Shown here piece after piece: positions 25,747 through 36,472 of a DNA stretch of 64,000 bases (positions are counted from its first letter, which is position 1; each line of letters begins with the position of its first letter). The notes under the pieces were generated by a model. It was not told the DNA's origin. It saw nothing but the letters and a program-made list of their open reading frames with translations, and did not search any database. A program made the position numbers and the translations under genes. Where the stretch lies: assembly GCA_965207885.1 (NCBI GenBank), contig OZ242311.1:2016001-2080000 (forward strand). The letters run 5' to 3'. The DNA is from Candidatus Latescibacterota bacterium. Lineage in GTDB: Bacteria > Latescibacterota > UBA2968.

Positions 25747-28326
25747 CTAACGTTTATCCAGTGCTTGTTCAATTAAGTGGAGGATATAGCCGGTGTGAGC
25801 TTCGGTGCTTGCATCGATTGTTTTTTTGTTTTTGAGCATGCTTTGTATGGCTTTGAGATTGTGCAGGGCGATGGCGCGAGAAGCATAGATCCGCTTGCTT
25901 TCGGGGTCGATGATGTCGATGAGTCGATTGACGTATTCAGCCTGCAAGTTCTGGCGGAAAGAATTGACTGTGCCTTCGGCATCTGCCTCAAAGACGGCAT
26001 TGGTCAAATCGGTCATCATATCGGATAGTGCGTATTCGTTGCCATAAAGCGCGGTGTCGAGCAGGCGGCCTTGCACTGTGGAGTGTAAGAGATGGCTGAA
26101 GACGCGCTGTTGAATGCCGATTACGCGGTCGTGAATTTTAGGATCTTCTGGGGCGCGGGAGAAGCCGAATCCGCGTCGCTGTTCCTGCAAATGGTTATAG
26201 AGCCTGGGCGGCATATCAAATGCATTGGGCGATAGGACGTATTTGGCGATTGCGTCCATCGCGCGTTTCTGGTCGGCGAGAGCTACTGGCGTGAATGGCC
26301 GGGTTGCGCCGGTTTGACCGATGACTGCGCGGTCAACGTAAATGCCGCCGATATAACGGGAGAGTACGATTGCGGCATTGCGGTGCTGCGCAGTGAGAAT
26401 GAGGTAGGCCGTTTTCAGTTCGTGATAGGTGTTGCCTGGCGTGTTGTACTTTGCGAGGATTTTGTTTTTGACGTCGTTTACCAGTTCAATCCGACCCGTG
26501 GCGTGGACGATGGCATCGCTGCTGAGGTCGTAGATCATCACGCGCGGGTCAATGCCGCGATTCGACGAGCGCATGTCGTCGGCGTCATTGCCAAACATGA
26601 GTTCGGGTTCTGTGGAGCGTGCGAGAATTTTTTCGAGGCGTTTTTGTTCGTCTTTGATATTGTCCCACCCGGGAGAATATCCAAATTCAATAGCCCAAAT
26701 ATCGTAGGGACCAGGACGCGTGGTATAGTAATGCCCCTGTTTTTGCCCGGGCAATGCGAGGTTGACACTTGGATAGTCCATTACCGAACCCGTGAGGCCC
26801 ATTTTGCCGGTTCGGCTTTTGTCGTGCAGTTGTGCTGGGGTGTGAAGTTGACTGGATTTCATGTTGTGGTTGAGACCGAGCGTGTGGCCGATTTCGTGCA
26901 GGATGAGAAAGTAGATGCTTTCTTTGAGCAGTGCGTCAACTTCAATTTTGGACGCGCCAGAAACGCGCAGGGCCTGTGTGCCAAAGAGGTTGGATGCGTG
27001 TAACTCGTGGCCCAGGGAACAGTATTGAGGCATGTCCGAATCGGCATTGCGTGTCGCATTGTCAAAGAGCTTGTCATAGCGCAGGCTGCTCGTGAGAAAT
27101 GCAAATTCGAGCATGATGTCGGCACCCAATATTTGCCCGGTTCGCGGGTTGACAAAGCTCGGCCCATATCCGCCAAATGGCGGATTGGGCGACGAGGTCC
27201 AGCGCAGGACATTGTATCGGATATCGCCGGCTTCCCAATCGGCATCATCGGGCTGTTCTTTGACATGTACGGCGTTTTTGAAGCCAGCGGCTTCAAAGGC
27301 GATATTCCAGGCAAGAGCTGCTTTTTTGATGGTTGGACGCAATTCGTGCGGGGTGGTGTTTTCGATCCAATAGGTGATTGGCACGACTGGTGCAGAGCGT
27401 TTGGCTTTGGGATCCCTTTTTTTCAGATGCCAGCGGTGAATTAAATCGCGATAAGGTGTCGCGCTTTTGGAGGTTAGATCAGTCACTTGTGTGCTGAAGT
27501 AGCCGACGCGCGGGTCGTCAAATCGCGGTTGATAATCATTTTTGGGCATTTCGATCAGGGTGTGTTGCAGGGCAATCGTCACATTGCGGGCATCGGTTAT
27601 GCCGTCGCCACCGCCTTTGGGATTGGGATTTTCATAGGTGTAGGCGATGATGAAATCCGTGTTTTTGGGATAATTTGTGATGGATAGACATTTGGTTTTG
27701 GTTTTGCTGAGTCTGCCCAGGGAGAAATTGTTGCGGTTCTGCGTTCGGTTGACGCGATGGAGTGCTTCTGTGAGGAAAATACCATCGGCTTTGATGAGGA
27801 TATTGCCCGTGGAGTCATTGCGTGCCGCGATTTTTTCCGATACGAGAATAGAAGGGCTGATGTTGGCTTTGGCTGCGCGGCTCAGGGCGTTTTTGGGATC
27901 GAAATAATACGCGGTGTTTTCAGAGATGATTTCGATTTTGTCAAAGTGCTTTTGAATGGAAAGCACGCGGCTACCGCGATAATTGCCCCTGTATGTTCCC
28001 GCTGATACGGGGGCGTTGACAGTGTGGGTGAAGTAGATGTATTCTTTGCCGATTTGCGATTCGCGGATTTGCAATTGCAACGCGCCTGTGGTCGTGTCTT
28101 CATAAACGGTGAAGAGACCGGGGTACTTGCGGCTGGATTTGGTGAGGTCGGCTATGGTTTTCTTTGGTGTGTCTTTTTTGGGTGTTCCCTTTTTTTGAGT
28201 TTTTGCGGAGTCTCGTTTGGCGACCTTTGTCGAATCCGCAGGTTGTTTTTCCTGCGCTTGAACGGAGAATGCGATTCCAAAGACGAGAGCGACTGCAATT
28301 AATAGGCGTTGAGAATTCACGGTCAT
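25747..28326 (-). CDS. Secreted zinc-dependent metalloprotease (DUF5117/DUF4953, EcxA-like)
   Basis: AAGGAG SD plus ATG 28326; signal peptide; PRFDDPRVGYF, HEIGHTLGLNHN and SVMDY (Met-turn). Confidence 0.9.
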   Translation of the reverse strand: MTVNSQRLLIAVALVFGIAFSVQAQEKQPADSTKVAKRDSAKTQKKGTPKKDTPKKTIADLTKSSRKYPGLFTVYEDTTTGALQLQIRESQIGKEYIYFTHTVNAPVSAGTYRGNYRGSRVLSIQKHFDKIEIISENTAYYFDPKNALSRAAKANISPSILVSEKIAARNDSTGNILIKADGIFLTEALHRVNRTQNRNNFSLGRLSKTKTKCLSITNYPKNTDFIIAYTYENPNPKGGGDGITDARNVTIALQHTLIEMPKNDYQPRFDDPRVGYFSTQVTDLTSKSATPYRDLIHRWHLKKRDPKAKRSAPVVPITYWIENTTPHELRPTIKKAALAWNIAFEAAGFKNAVHVKEQPDDADWEAGDIRYNVLRWTSSPNPPFGGYGPSFVNPRTGQILGADIMLEFAFLTSSLRYDKLFDNATRNADSDMPQYCSLGHELHASNLFGTQALRVSGASKIEVDALLKESIYFLILHEIGHTLGLNHNMKSSQLHTPAQLHDKSRTGKMGLTGSVMDYPSVNLALPGQKQGHYYTTRPGPYDIWAIEFGYSPGWDNIKDEQKRLEKILARSTEPELMFGNDADDMRSSNRGIDPRVMIYDLSSDAIVHATGRIELVNDVKNKILAKYNTPGNTYHELKTAYLILTAQHRNAAIVLSRYIGGIYVDRAVIGQTGATRPFTPVALADQKRAMDAIAKYVLSPNAFDMPPRLYNHLQEQRRGFGFSRAPEDPKIHDRVIGIQQRVFSHLLHSTVQGRLLDTALYGNEYALSDMMTDLTNAVFEADAEGTVNSFRQNLQAEYVNRLIDIIDPESKRIYASRAIALHNLKAIQSMLKNKKTIDASTEAHTGYILHLIEQALDKR

Positions 28327-28506
28327 ATCTCCTTTCTTCTGGTCATTATGGATATCTTCGCTACGCAAAATTACCCAATTATTTTAAAATTTTCAAGTGT
28401 GTATTGTATATCGGCTATATGCGCTATCAATTGACTTTATGTTTTTTTTCCGTATCTTTTCCGTTCAATTTTTTGAAAGGTTAGATCATTAGCACGAGGT
28501 ATAACA

Positions 28507-28701
28507 ATGGCAGAGGCGGGAAGCGCGTGGTTGACGCCTAAGGAGATCGCGGATCGGTTGAGTAGTCGAAAAGCGAGAGAAGTACAGGAAGATTTGCTTT
28601 ATGGGCGCCGAACTCGTCGGGAGATATTGGATCTGGTGATGGAAGCTGTGGGCTGCAATGAATATTCTGCGGAAGATTTTTTGCGTGAAATTGTGAAGTG
28701 A
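28507..28701 (+). CDS. Small hypothetical protein (64 aa, possibly helical DNA-binding)
   Basis: GAGG SD; charged helical sequence WLTPKEIADRL. Confidence 0.6.
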   Translation: MAEAGSAWLTPKEIADRLSSRKAREVQEDLLYGRRTRREILDLVMEAVGCNEYSAEDFLREIVK

Positions 28702-28787
28702 GTAAAAACTGACCGCTATTTATGTTTGCCGCGTATCGAATCGTCAATACGCGGCTCGATATTTTTTGACCTGTAGGGTACAACGCC

Positions 28788-30458
28788 ATGTCTGAGGTTT
28801 CTAAATCTGATTATCTGGTCATTGGCAGTGGTATTGCTGGCCTCTCGTTTGCGCTTAAAGCGGCAGAGACGGGGTCTGTTACTCTGATTACTAAAAAAGA
28901 GTTTCAGGAATCCAATACCAATTACGCACAGGGCGGTATTGCTTCTGTTTTGCACCCAGACGATTCGTTTGAGCTTCATAGGGAGGATACGATTCAGGCT
29001 GGCGCGGGTTTGTGCCGCGAAGATGTGGTGGATATGGTGGTGCGGGCAGGTCCCGATATGGTTAAGGCGCTCATTGCATGGGGGGCAGAGTTTACGCGAG
29101 GAAGCGAGGAGGGTGTGAAGGCGAGTGAACAGCGTACAACTCAAAATCTCGCGCTTGGGCGCGAGGGCGGACATTCAAAGAATCGCATTGTGTATGCCGC
29201 CGATCTGACCGGGCGAGAGATTGAGCGGGCGTTGTCTGAAGCGGCGATAGCACATCCCAATATCGCGTTGTACGAGCATCACATGGCGATTGATTTGATC
29301 ACGGAACACCATGTGTATGGTTCGAAAATTTCAACGCCGGGAAAGATTCAGTGTTGGGGTGTTTACGCACTGGATGCCGTGCATGGAGAGGTGAAGACTT
29401 TTTTAGCAAAATTTACGCTGTTGTGTAGCGGCGGGTGTGGTCAGATTTATTTGCATTCGACCAATCCTGCCATTGCAACGGGTGATGGTATTGCCATGGC
29501 GTATCGCGCGGGTGCAAGTGTGGGCAATTTGGAGTTTATGCAGTTTCATCCCACGACGCTTTACCATCGGGATGCCGATTCATTTTTGATTTCTGAAGCG
29601 GTGCGCGGGCATGGCGGGATTCTGGTGGATCGGGCGGGGCGGTCGTTTATGGCTGATTATCACGAGATGGGGCCGCTTGCACCTCGAGATGTGGTTGCGC
29701 GGGCGATTGATAGCGAGTTAAAAAAGAGCGGTGATCCCTGTGTGTTTCTCGATATTACGCATTGTCCGAACGCAGAGCTTCAGGCGCGTTTTCCCACGAT
29801 TTATGAGCGGTGTTTGAAATTTGGCATTGATATAACGCAGGAGCCCATTCCGGTTGTGCCCGCGGCGCATTATATGTGTGGTGGGGTGTTCACAGATACG
29901 CAGGGGCGCACGGATATCGAAAGGCTTTACGCTTCGGGTGAGGTCGCTTGTACGGGGTTACACGGTGCGAATCGCCTGGCGAGCAATTCGCTGTTAGAAG
30001 CTCTGGTTTTTTCCGATCGCGCGTTTTCCGATATCCGACAGCACATAGATGCGCGGCTCGATTTTCCCGATGTGCCGGCCTGGCAAGACGATGATGTGTT
30101 TAATACAGAAGAATGGGTGTTGCTATCACACGACCGGCAAGAAGTACAGCGTTTGATGTGGGATTATGTGGGGATTGTGCGGTCGGATTTTCGATTGAAG
30201 CGCGCAGCCCGTCGCATTGGCGTGATTGTGCAGGAGGTCGAAGAATTTTATAAGCGCACACAAGTTACCGAGGCATTGCTGGAGTTGCGCAATATGATGA
30301 CTGTTGCCGCGCTGACTGTGCGCTGCGCATTGTCTCGCCGCGAAAGTCGGGGTTTGCATTATACGCTCGATTGTCCTGCACCATTCAAATCTGTAGATGA
30401 TACGGTGGTATCTGCCTGGGAAACGTGGGGTGCGGGGCTGCCGGTTATTGAAGTGTGA
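28788..30458 (+). CDS. nadB: L-aspartate oxidase
   Basis: GSGIAG, NTNYAQGGIA, EGGHS, QFHPT, LISEAVRG and GLHGANRLASNSLLE motifs. Confidence 0.95.
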   Translation: MSEVSKSDYLVIGSGIAGLSFALKAAETGSVTLITKKEFQESNTNYAQGGIASVLHPDDSFELHREDTIQAGAGLCREDVVDMVVRAGPDMVKALIAWGAEFTRGSEEGVKASEQRTTQNLALGREGGHSKNRIVYAADLTGREIERALSEAAIAHPNIALYEHHMAIDLITEHHVYGSKISTPGKIQCWGVYALDAVHGEVKTFLAKFTLLCSGGCGQIYLHSTNPAIATGDGIAMAYRAGASVGNLEFMQFHPTTLYHRDADSFLISEAVRGHGGILVDRAGRSFMADYHEMGPLAPRDVVARAIDSELKKSGDPCVFLDITHCPNAELQARFPTIYERCLKFGIDITQEPIPVVPAAHYMCGGVFTDTQGRTDIERLYASGEVACTGLHGANRLASNSLLEALVFSDRAFSDIRQHIDARLDFPDVPAWQDDDVFNTEEWVLLSHDRQEVQRLMWDYVGIVRSDFRLKRAARRIGVIVQEVEEFYKRTQVTEALLELRNMMTVAALTVRCALSRRESRGLHYTLDCPAPFKSVDDTVVSAWETWGAGLPVIEV

Positions 30459-30476
30459 AGTATAAAGGGAGTTTTT

Positions 30477-32291
30477 ATGCGCGACGGCATTGCCGTGATT
30501 GATTTTGGCGGGCAATATGCCCATTTGATTGCCAATCGGATTCGCAGGTTGCGGGTTTATTCCGAGATTTTTCCTCCGGATGTTGATCCTGCGGCATTGC
30601 AGGGTGCGTCGGGCATGATTTTTTCGGGTGGTCCATCCAGTGTATATGATCCCGATCCGCCTGCGTTTAATCCCGGATTGCTCAGTACCAATTTGCCCGT
30701 GCTCGGGCTGTGTTATGGGCATCAGTTGTTGTGCATGCATTTGGGAGGCGAGGTTGTTGCTGGTGAGGTGCGAGAATACGGTTCTGCCAGGTTGAATATT
30801 GCAGGTGGGTCGGATTTGTTTGCTGGGCTTGGCGATTCCCAGGTGGTTTGGATGAGCCATGGTGATGTGGTCGCAACGCTGCCAGAGGGTTTTGAAATTT
30901 TGGGGGCGACCGAGGATTGTCCTTCGGCAGCGGTTGGCGATGTCAAGCGCAGGATTTATGGCTTGCAATTTCATCCCGAGGTGGCACATACGCCGCGTGG
31001 ATTGGATATTCTCGATAATTTTTTAACGATATGCGATGCGCCTCGAACCTGGACTATGGGCAATTATGCCGAGGTGGTTATGGAGGAGATGCGGGAGAAG
31101 GTGGGGGAGCGCAATGTGTTTTTGCTGGTGTCGGGTGGGGTCGATTCTTCGGTGGCTTTTGTGCTGTTTAACAGGGCGTTGGGCGCAGACCGGGTGTTGG
31201 GGTTGCATATTGACAATGGTTTTATGCGAAAGGGCGAGACGGCTGCGGTGGAGGTTTTTCTGAAGGAAGAGGGGTTTGACAATCTGATTGTCGAGGATGC
31301 CAGTGACGATTTTTTGTTGGGTGTGGAGGGTATGGTCGATCCAGAAGCAAAGCGCGAGGCGATTGGACAAATATTTTTAGAGGTGAAGGACGAGGTGATG
31401 GCGCACTTGCATTTGGATGCAGATCAATGGGTTTTGGGGCAAGGTACGCTTTATCCCGATACCATAGAATCGGGAGGGACAGAGCACGCTGCGTTGATTA
31501 AGACACACCACAATCGCATTGATTTGATTGATGAGTTGATTGCACAGGGCAAGGTTGTCGAGCCTTTGGCACAGTTGTACAAGGATGAGGTGCGCGAGTT
31601 GGGGAGCGAGTTGGGGTTGCCCGATCATCTGGTGTGGCGACATCCGTTTCCCGGTCCCGGTCTGGCTGTGCGCTGTTTGTGCTCAGATGGTGCGGTGGAT
31701 GGGGTTGATATTGCAGCAGCAGAGCGAGCCGCTGCTGAGATCGCTTCTGAGGCGGGTTTGCAATTGCAGATTTTGCCCGTTAAGAGTGTGGGGGTTCAGG
31801 GGGATTTTCGCACGTATTCGCATCCCGCGATTGTTTCGGGTTTCACAGCCGAAAGTAATGGCGATTGGCGCGTACTCGAAGATCTGTCAACGCGGATTAC
31901 CAATAGCGTGTCGGGTATTAATCGCGTGGTTTGTCTTGTCGCGCCAGATGTGTTGCCCAGGGTGCGTCTCAAACGCGCATTTTTGACCTATCAGAGGCTC
32001 GATGTTTTGCGGGAGGCAGATGCTATTGCCATGCGAATACTCGACCGCGCGGGTCTTATGCCTGCTGTGTCTCAGATGCCGACTGTTCTGGTGCCGTTGA
32101 CGACAGATGGACAAGATGAAATTGTGATTTTGCGCCCGATTACGACTCCGGATTTTATGACTGCGCGATTTGCTGAATTGCCCCACAATCTGGTGCGCGA
32201 TATGGCGGATGAAATACTGAATCTGCCCGGTGTCGCTGCCGTGGGGTACGACATTACACACAAACCGCCGGGAACTGTGGAATGGGAATGA
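30477..32291 (+). CDS. guaA: GMP synthase (glutamine-hydrolysing)
   Basis: DFGGQY, GLCYGHQ, QFHPEV, SGGVDS, IKTHHN, RHPFPGPGL and KPPGTVEWE motifs. Confidence 0.95.
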   Translation: MRDGIAVIDFGGQYAHLIANRIRRLRVYSEIFPPDVDPAALQGASGMIFSGGPSSVYDPDPPAFNPGLLSTNLPVLGLCYGHQLLCMHLGGEVVAGEVREYGSARLNIAGGSDLFAGLGDSQVVWMSHGDVVATLPEGFEILGATEDCPSAAVGDVKRRIYGLQFHPEVAHTPRGLDILDNFLTICDAPRTWTMGNYAEVVMEEMREKVGERNVFLLVSGGVDSSVAFVLFNRALGADRVLGLHIDNGFMRKGETAAVEVFLKEEGFDNLIVEDASDDFLLGVEGMVDPEAKREAIGQIFLEVKDEVMAHLHLDADQWVLGQGTLYPDTIESGGTEHAALIKTHHNRIDLIDELIAQGKVVEPLAQLYKDEVRELGSELGLPDHLVWRHPFPGPGLAVRCLCSDGAVDGVDIAAAERAAAEIASEAGLQLQILPVKSVGVQGDFRTYSHPAIVSGFTAESNGDWRVLEDLSTRITNSVSGINRVVCLVAPDVLPRVRLKRAFLTYQRLDVLREADAIAMRILDRAGLMPAVSQMPTVLVPLTTDGQDEIVILRPITTPDFMTARFAELPHNLVRDMADEILNLPGVAAVGYDITHKPPGTVEWE

Positions 32292-32914
32292 AAGACAAAA
32301 GCGGAGGTTCTGGCCTGGGACCTCAAGGGGAATCCAATCACGACAAGGATCAGGAAATTATTGAAGTCCGCGTGGGACAAATTTCTATGAACCTTCTTTC
32401 ACTCCTTATGCTTTTTTTCGCGTTTAATATCGCCATTGCTGTTCAATTTTTATTTTTTAGGGAGATCGAATTGCGTTTTCCGGGAATTGATAGTTGGAAG
32501 TTATTGGGGTCTGTTATTTTGCTTATTATTTTTCACGAAGGACTCCATGCTGTTGCCGCGCTACTGTGGGGGAGGGTCCAGTGGCGTTCAATACATTTCG
32601 GAGTCAAATGGCGACAGCTCATGTTTTATTGTCATTGTGATAAACCGCTAAAAGTGAATACGTATCGAATTTTTGCTCTTTTTCCTCTCCTTGTCACCAC
32701 ACCCATTGCAGGTTTTATCCTGTGGTTAGATCCATCTACCTGGTCGCTATTGTTCTTCAGTCTAACAATAGCTGTCTGTGCCGGAGATGTCTTGTTGTTT
32801 GTCAAGACCCGCCAGATTGAAAATGACAAATGGATTCAAGATCACGACTCAGAACCCGGTTTCTATATCCTGCCAGAAGCTATCGCTGCATCCCCTGAAG
32901 AACACCACAGATAG
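32288..32914 (+). CDS. DUF3267 putative zincin membrane peptidase
   Basis: HEGLH in a TM context, ...AGD and C-terminal DH...GF; ATGA overlap with guaA. Confidence 0.75.
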   Translation: MKDKSGGSGLGPQGESNHDKDQEIIEVRVGQISMNLLSLLMLFFAFNIAIAVQFLFFREIELRFPGIDSWKLLGSVILLIIFHEGLHAVAALLWGRVQWRSIHFGVKWRQLMFYCHCDKPLKVNTYRIFALFPLLVTTPIAGFILWLDPSTWSLLFFSLTIAVCAGDVLLFVKTRQIENDKWIQDHDSEPGFYILPEAIAASPEEHHR

Positions 32915-32954
32915 CTCAGATTTTACACCTGTGGGAATGGAGTAACTTACAAAA

Positions 32955-33473
32955 ATGGGAAAAAATACAGCCTATTACGAGACCATAACGCCTATAACGG
33001 TCTGGTCGGTAATCCTGTCTATCATTATTGTTGCTTCCCCCTGGATTTATTTTTATAGTCCGAAATTTATGTTCTCTTTGGTTATAGCGGCTGTATATGT
33101 GATGTTTTTGGTTATATTCTTGCTTTACGGGCGTTATACGATTCAGATAGACGATACAGCAATCGCATTTGGTTATCGATTTACCAGTAAAGAAAAAGTT
33201 TTATTGAATACAATTGCGTATGCTGAGATTTTCATTTTGGATCTAAAAAATCCCATCAGACGCTTCGCCATTAATACACTCGGAGGACCTCCCGTTTGGA
33301 TTTCGGGTGCTTTGATCAGGTTGAGATTAAACGAAGAATACCTTACTCGATATAAATTCAGGCGAAAAAAGAGAGTGAAACAATTGGTCCTTGTATCGAG
33401 ACAACCCGAATCGGTCTTGTCCGTGCTGTCAGAAAAAGGTGTGCCCGTTCAATCGCGATGGAGAGCAAAATAA
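32955..33473 (+). CDS. Hypothetical membrane protein (2 TM + PH-like tail)
   Basis: Two N-terminal hydrophobic segments; C-terminal LVLVSRQPE; GGAG SD. Confidence 0.65.
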   Translation: MGKNTAYYETITPITVWSVILSIIIVASPWIYFYSPKFMFSLVIAAVYVMFLVIFLLYGRYTIQIDDTAIAFGYRFTSKEKVLLNTIAYAEIFILDLKNPIRRFAINTLGGPPVWISGALIRLRLNEEYLTRYKFRRKKRVKQLVLVSRQPESVLSVLSEKGVPVQSRWRAK

Positions 33474-33665
33474 ATGGACAGGACGAGGTTGAGATTTTGC
33501 GTCCGATAGGGTTGTTTTTTTCATTTTTAAAAATTGAAATGGAACAAAATGAACACCTTTTTTTAAATAGTTAGCAAGCGTGGGTCTGATAGCGCAAATT
33601 ATATATCCTTGTTTTTTTAGTGCCTTAGAATATTCTGAGGCACTTTTTTTTGTTTTTTTTGAAAA

Positions 33666-33682
33666 TGGGCACGGCATTTGCA
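33666..33682 (+). promoter_or_regulatory. sigma54 (-24/-12) promoter for the glycosyltransferase/peptide operon
   Basis: TGGGCACGGCATTTGCA, one mismatch to YTGGCACGRNNNTTGCW; AT-rich upstream region. Confidence 0.7.
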
Positions 33683-33755
33683 GAGATGTTGTGTGCAAAT
33701 CGCGTGAACGGGATTGAGGCGGACGAGATGTCCGCGATGATAGAGGGGTGAAATT

Positions 33756-35003
33756 TTGAAAAATACTACAGTTGCGTTTTACAGCCAGCACCTCATTGGC
33801 GTTGGGCACCATTTTCGCAATCGACAGATTGTCAATGAACTGGTCAAAACATGCGATGTGTTTTTCATCGATGGAGGGCGACCAATTCCCGAAGCCGATC
33901 TTGATGAACAGGTGGTACGTATTCCTCTGCTGCCGCTTCGCACGGGCGCACAGGGTATTGAGTCTGTCGATACGGAGAGTGATTTGCAGGCTGTGATGCG
34001 CGAGCGTCAGACACAGCTTTCCGAGGCGATGGAGCAGATTCGCCCCGATGTGTTTTGTGTTGAGTTTTTCCCTTTTTCTCGGTGGTCGCTCAAGAGCGAG
34101 ATCCTCAATACTATTGTCAGACTCAATGAGGTCAATCCCGGTGCGAAGGTGCTGTGTTCTCTGCGCGATATTCCAACGCGGGCAAAAAGCAATGTGTTGC
34201 AGCCGACTGTCGCGCTTGTCCAGAGACGCGATGGAGATGCGATGCGGTTTTATTCAGTGCCTTTTGGTGGGATACATCACGAGTATTTGGCTTTTAATCG
34301 GCGGTATTACGAGGAGGTCGTGCCCGTGTTGAATCAGTATTTCGATGCGGTACTGGTGCATGGCGATTCCCAACTATCCCGGTTGGAAGATCACTTTCCC
34401 TGGACTGCTGATATCGGTATTCCCGTGGTTTATACAGGGTTTGTTTCTGAGAAACTCGGTGACGCATCTCGGCCTGGTCGTGCGCCTGATCGGTATGTGC
34501 TGGTCAGTTCTGGCGGTGGGGCTGAGGGGCTTGCGCTTGTCGCGCCGTGTATTGAAGCGTGGAAACAATTGGAGCGGGACGATGCGCACGATGGACGCGA
34601 GATGGTGATTTTTGCTGGTGCGTTTATAGATGAAAAGCATTTTGACGCTTTGTGTGGGTTGTGCGGTGATGGTCCGTTTCGCATTGAACGCTTTACGTCC
34701 AATTTTTTGGCGTGGATGAAACACGCGGATTTGTCGATTAGCCGGGCGGGCTACAATACGTGTATGAATGTGCTCGAGACACAGGTCCCGTCGATTCTGG
34801 TGCCGAGTATTGCGATGGATGATCAGGTATTTCGCGCGCAGGAGTTGATGGGATTGGGCATTGCCGGGGTGGTACATCCGGATCAACTCGGTGTGGGAAA
34901 GATGACAAAAGCTATTGCCAAAATGCTCGAGAGTCCTGTGCCCGAACACGATCTATTCCTGGATGGTGCCGAGCAAACGCGAAAGTTTATAGAATCAGTC
35001 TGA
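33756..35003 (+). CDS. GT-B glycosyltransferase (COG4671-like, GT28 C-terminal-like)
   Basis: YSQHLIGVGH, VEFFPF, CSLRDI, VLVHGD, VSSGGG and ISRAGYNT motifs. Confidence 0.85.
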   Translation: MKNTTVAFYSQHLIGVGHHFRNRQIVNELVKTCDVFFIDGGRPIPEADLDEQVVRIPLLPLRTGAQGIESVDTESDLQAVMRERQTQLSEAMEQIRPDVFCVEFFPFSRWSLKSEILNTIVRLNEVNPGAKVLCSLRDIPTRAKSNVLQPTVALVQRRDGDAMRFYSVPFGGIHHEYLAFNRRYYEEVVPVLNQYFDAVLVHGDSQLSRLEDHFPWTADIGIPVVYTGFVSEKLGDASRPGRAPDRYVLVSSGGGAEGLALVAPCIEAWKQLERDDAHDGREMVIFAGAFIDEKHFDALCGLCGDGPFRIERFTSNFLAWMKHADLSISRAGYNTCMNVLETQVPSILVPSIAMDDQVFRAQELMGLGIAGVVHPDQLGVGKMTKAIAKMLESPVPEHDLFLDGAEQTRKFIESV

Positions 35004-35015
35004 ATGAGGTGAAAG

Positions 35016-36419
35016 ATGAAAATTTATGTGTCACATCCATATCACGACCGCGAGAAAGTGATAGCGTCGAATAGCGGGGCGTCCCTTTCGGGTTTTAACC
35101 ATGTGCAGGCGTTATCGAAGTATTGCGAGGTGTATATGCCAGCGTCTGAAGCAGTGGATTATGGTCCGAATGTGCACGGTATTCGACCTGAGTTTGAGAC
35201 GATTGATGCGTCTCGCCAGTGGTTTGCGCGGCAGGATTTTGATGGCGTGCTGATGTTTGAACCCAAAGTAGATGACTTGGCATTTTTTCGCCATGTGTGT
35301 CCCGCACCCATTGTGATTCGGCTGTCGTGTTCTTTTGGGCACAATCGGGATTTTGTCGATAAGGTGCTGAATTGTTATTCACTGCTGCGGCCTTATGATG
35401 CCCTGTCACCCAAGTCGGCGTATGTCGCTGATGAGGTGGGCAAGCTGGTGTTTGACAGATCGTATTTGCACGCGATTACCAATGGGGTAGATGCCGAGGT
35501 GTTTGTGCCGATGGATAAGTTGCAAGCGCGCAAAGAGGTCGCGGATAAGACGGGTGATCAACGTTTTTTAGAGATGCCTGTCGTGGGTTTTTGCGGGCGG
35601 TTTGAGCCGGGCAAGGGTGCGTATCCGTTTTTGCGGATGGCCGATCTGAATCCCAATGTGCTGTTTGCGGTGATTGGCAAGCAGTTCGCACCCGTGACAC
35701 ATGCGCCCAATGTGATCTTTCTGGGCGCGCAACCCTATACGGATATGCCGCTGTATTACAATATGCTGGATGTATTGTGCGCGCTGTCGGTGTATTCGTA
35801 TGAGTCGTGTCCCTCCACTGTGATAGAGGGCATGGCGTGTGGTCTTCCGGTTGTGGCGACAAATTTTGCGGGTGCGCCAGAGTTGTTGGGCAGTTGTGGG
35901 CGGTTGATCGAGATTGAGCGATTTGAAGACGAGCCATTGAATGTGACGGGGTATATCGCTCCTGAAGTGATTTCAGATGCTGTGCGCGATTTTTTGGATA
36001 GCAAGACGGAGCGTGTAGAAATGGGTGAGTCTGCTCGCAAACGCGCACTAGAATTTTCCTGGGATCATACGGCACAGCAGCACATGGCACTGTTTGAAAG
36101 TCTGCGGACCAAACGCGATGCACCTGCCTGCCCGATACCAATAACCGTGAGTTTTACACAGGGGTGTGATATGTCCGGTGTGCCGAAAAGTGTGTCCAAA
36201 GGATTTAACTATTTGGGAAGCGCGCAAGGTCCGTTGCCGCGCATTTCGTTTTTTGGGCAAGATATGTCCCTTATTGAAGGCCTGGGCCTTCACTTGATGC
36301 AACATTTACACCCAAACGAAGTCGAAGCTGCTCTGATAGGCTTATGCGAGACGCGCGATAGAGCTTATAAGACGCTTCGCAAAATCCGACACTTCAGCGA
36401 TATGCTCACGGCTCCCTGA
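35016..36419 (+). CDS. GT4 family glycosyltransferase with C-terminal extension
   Basis: ITNGVD, GRFEPGKG, ESCPSTVIEGMACGLPVV (EX7E) and FSWD, followed by ~100 extra residues. Confidence 0.88.
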   Translation: MKIYVSHPYHDREKVIASNSGASLSGFNHVQALSKYCEVYMPASEAVDYGPNVHGIRPEFETIDASRQWFARQDFDGVLMFEPKVDDLAFFRHVCPAPIVIRLSCSFGHNRDFVDKVLNCYSLLRPYDALSPKSAYVADEVGKLVFDRSYLHAITNGVDAEVFVPMDKLQARKEVADKTGDQRFLEMPVVGFCGRFEPGKGAYPFLRMADLNPNVLFAVIGKQFAPVTHAPNVIFLGAQPYTDMPLYYNMLDVLCALSVYSYESCPSTVIEGMACGLPVVATNFAGAPELLGSCGRLIEIERFEDEPLNVTGYIAPEVISDAVRDFLDSKTERVEMGESARKRALEFSWDHTAQQHMALFESLRTKRDAPACPIPITVSFTQGCDMSGVPKSVSKGFNYLGSAQGPLPRISFFGQDMSLIEGLGLHLMQHLHPNEVEAALIGLCETRDRAYKTLRKIRHFSDMLTAP

Positions 36420-36472
36420 TTGGCATAGGGATACGGCTTGTGTTGAAGTGGTAAAGAAAGGAGGTGAGAGAA

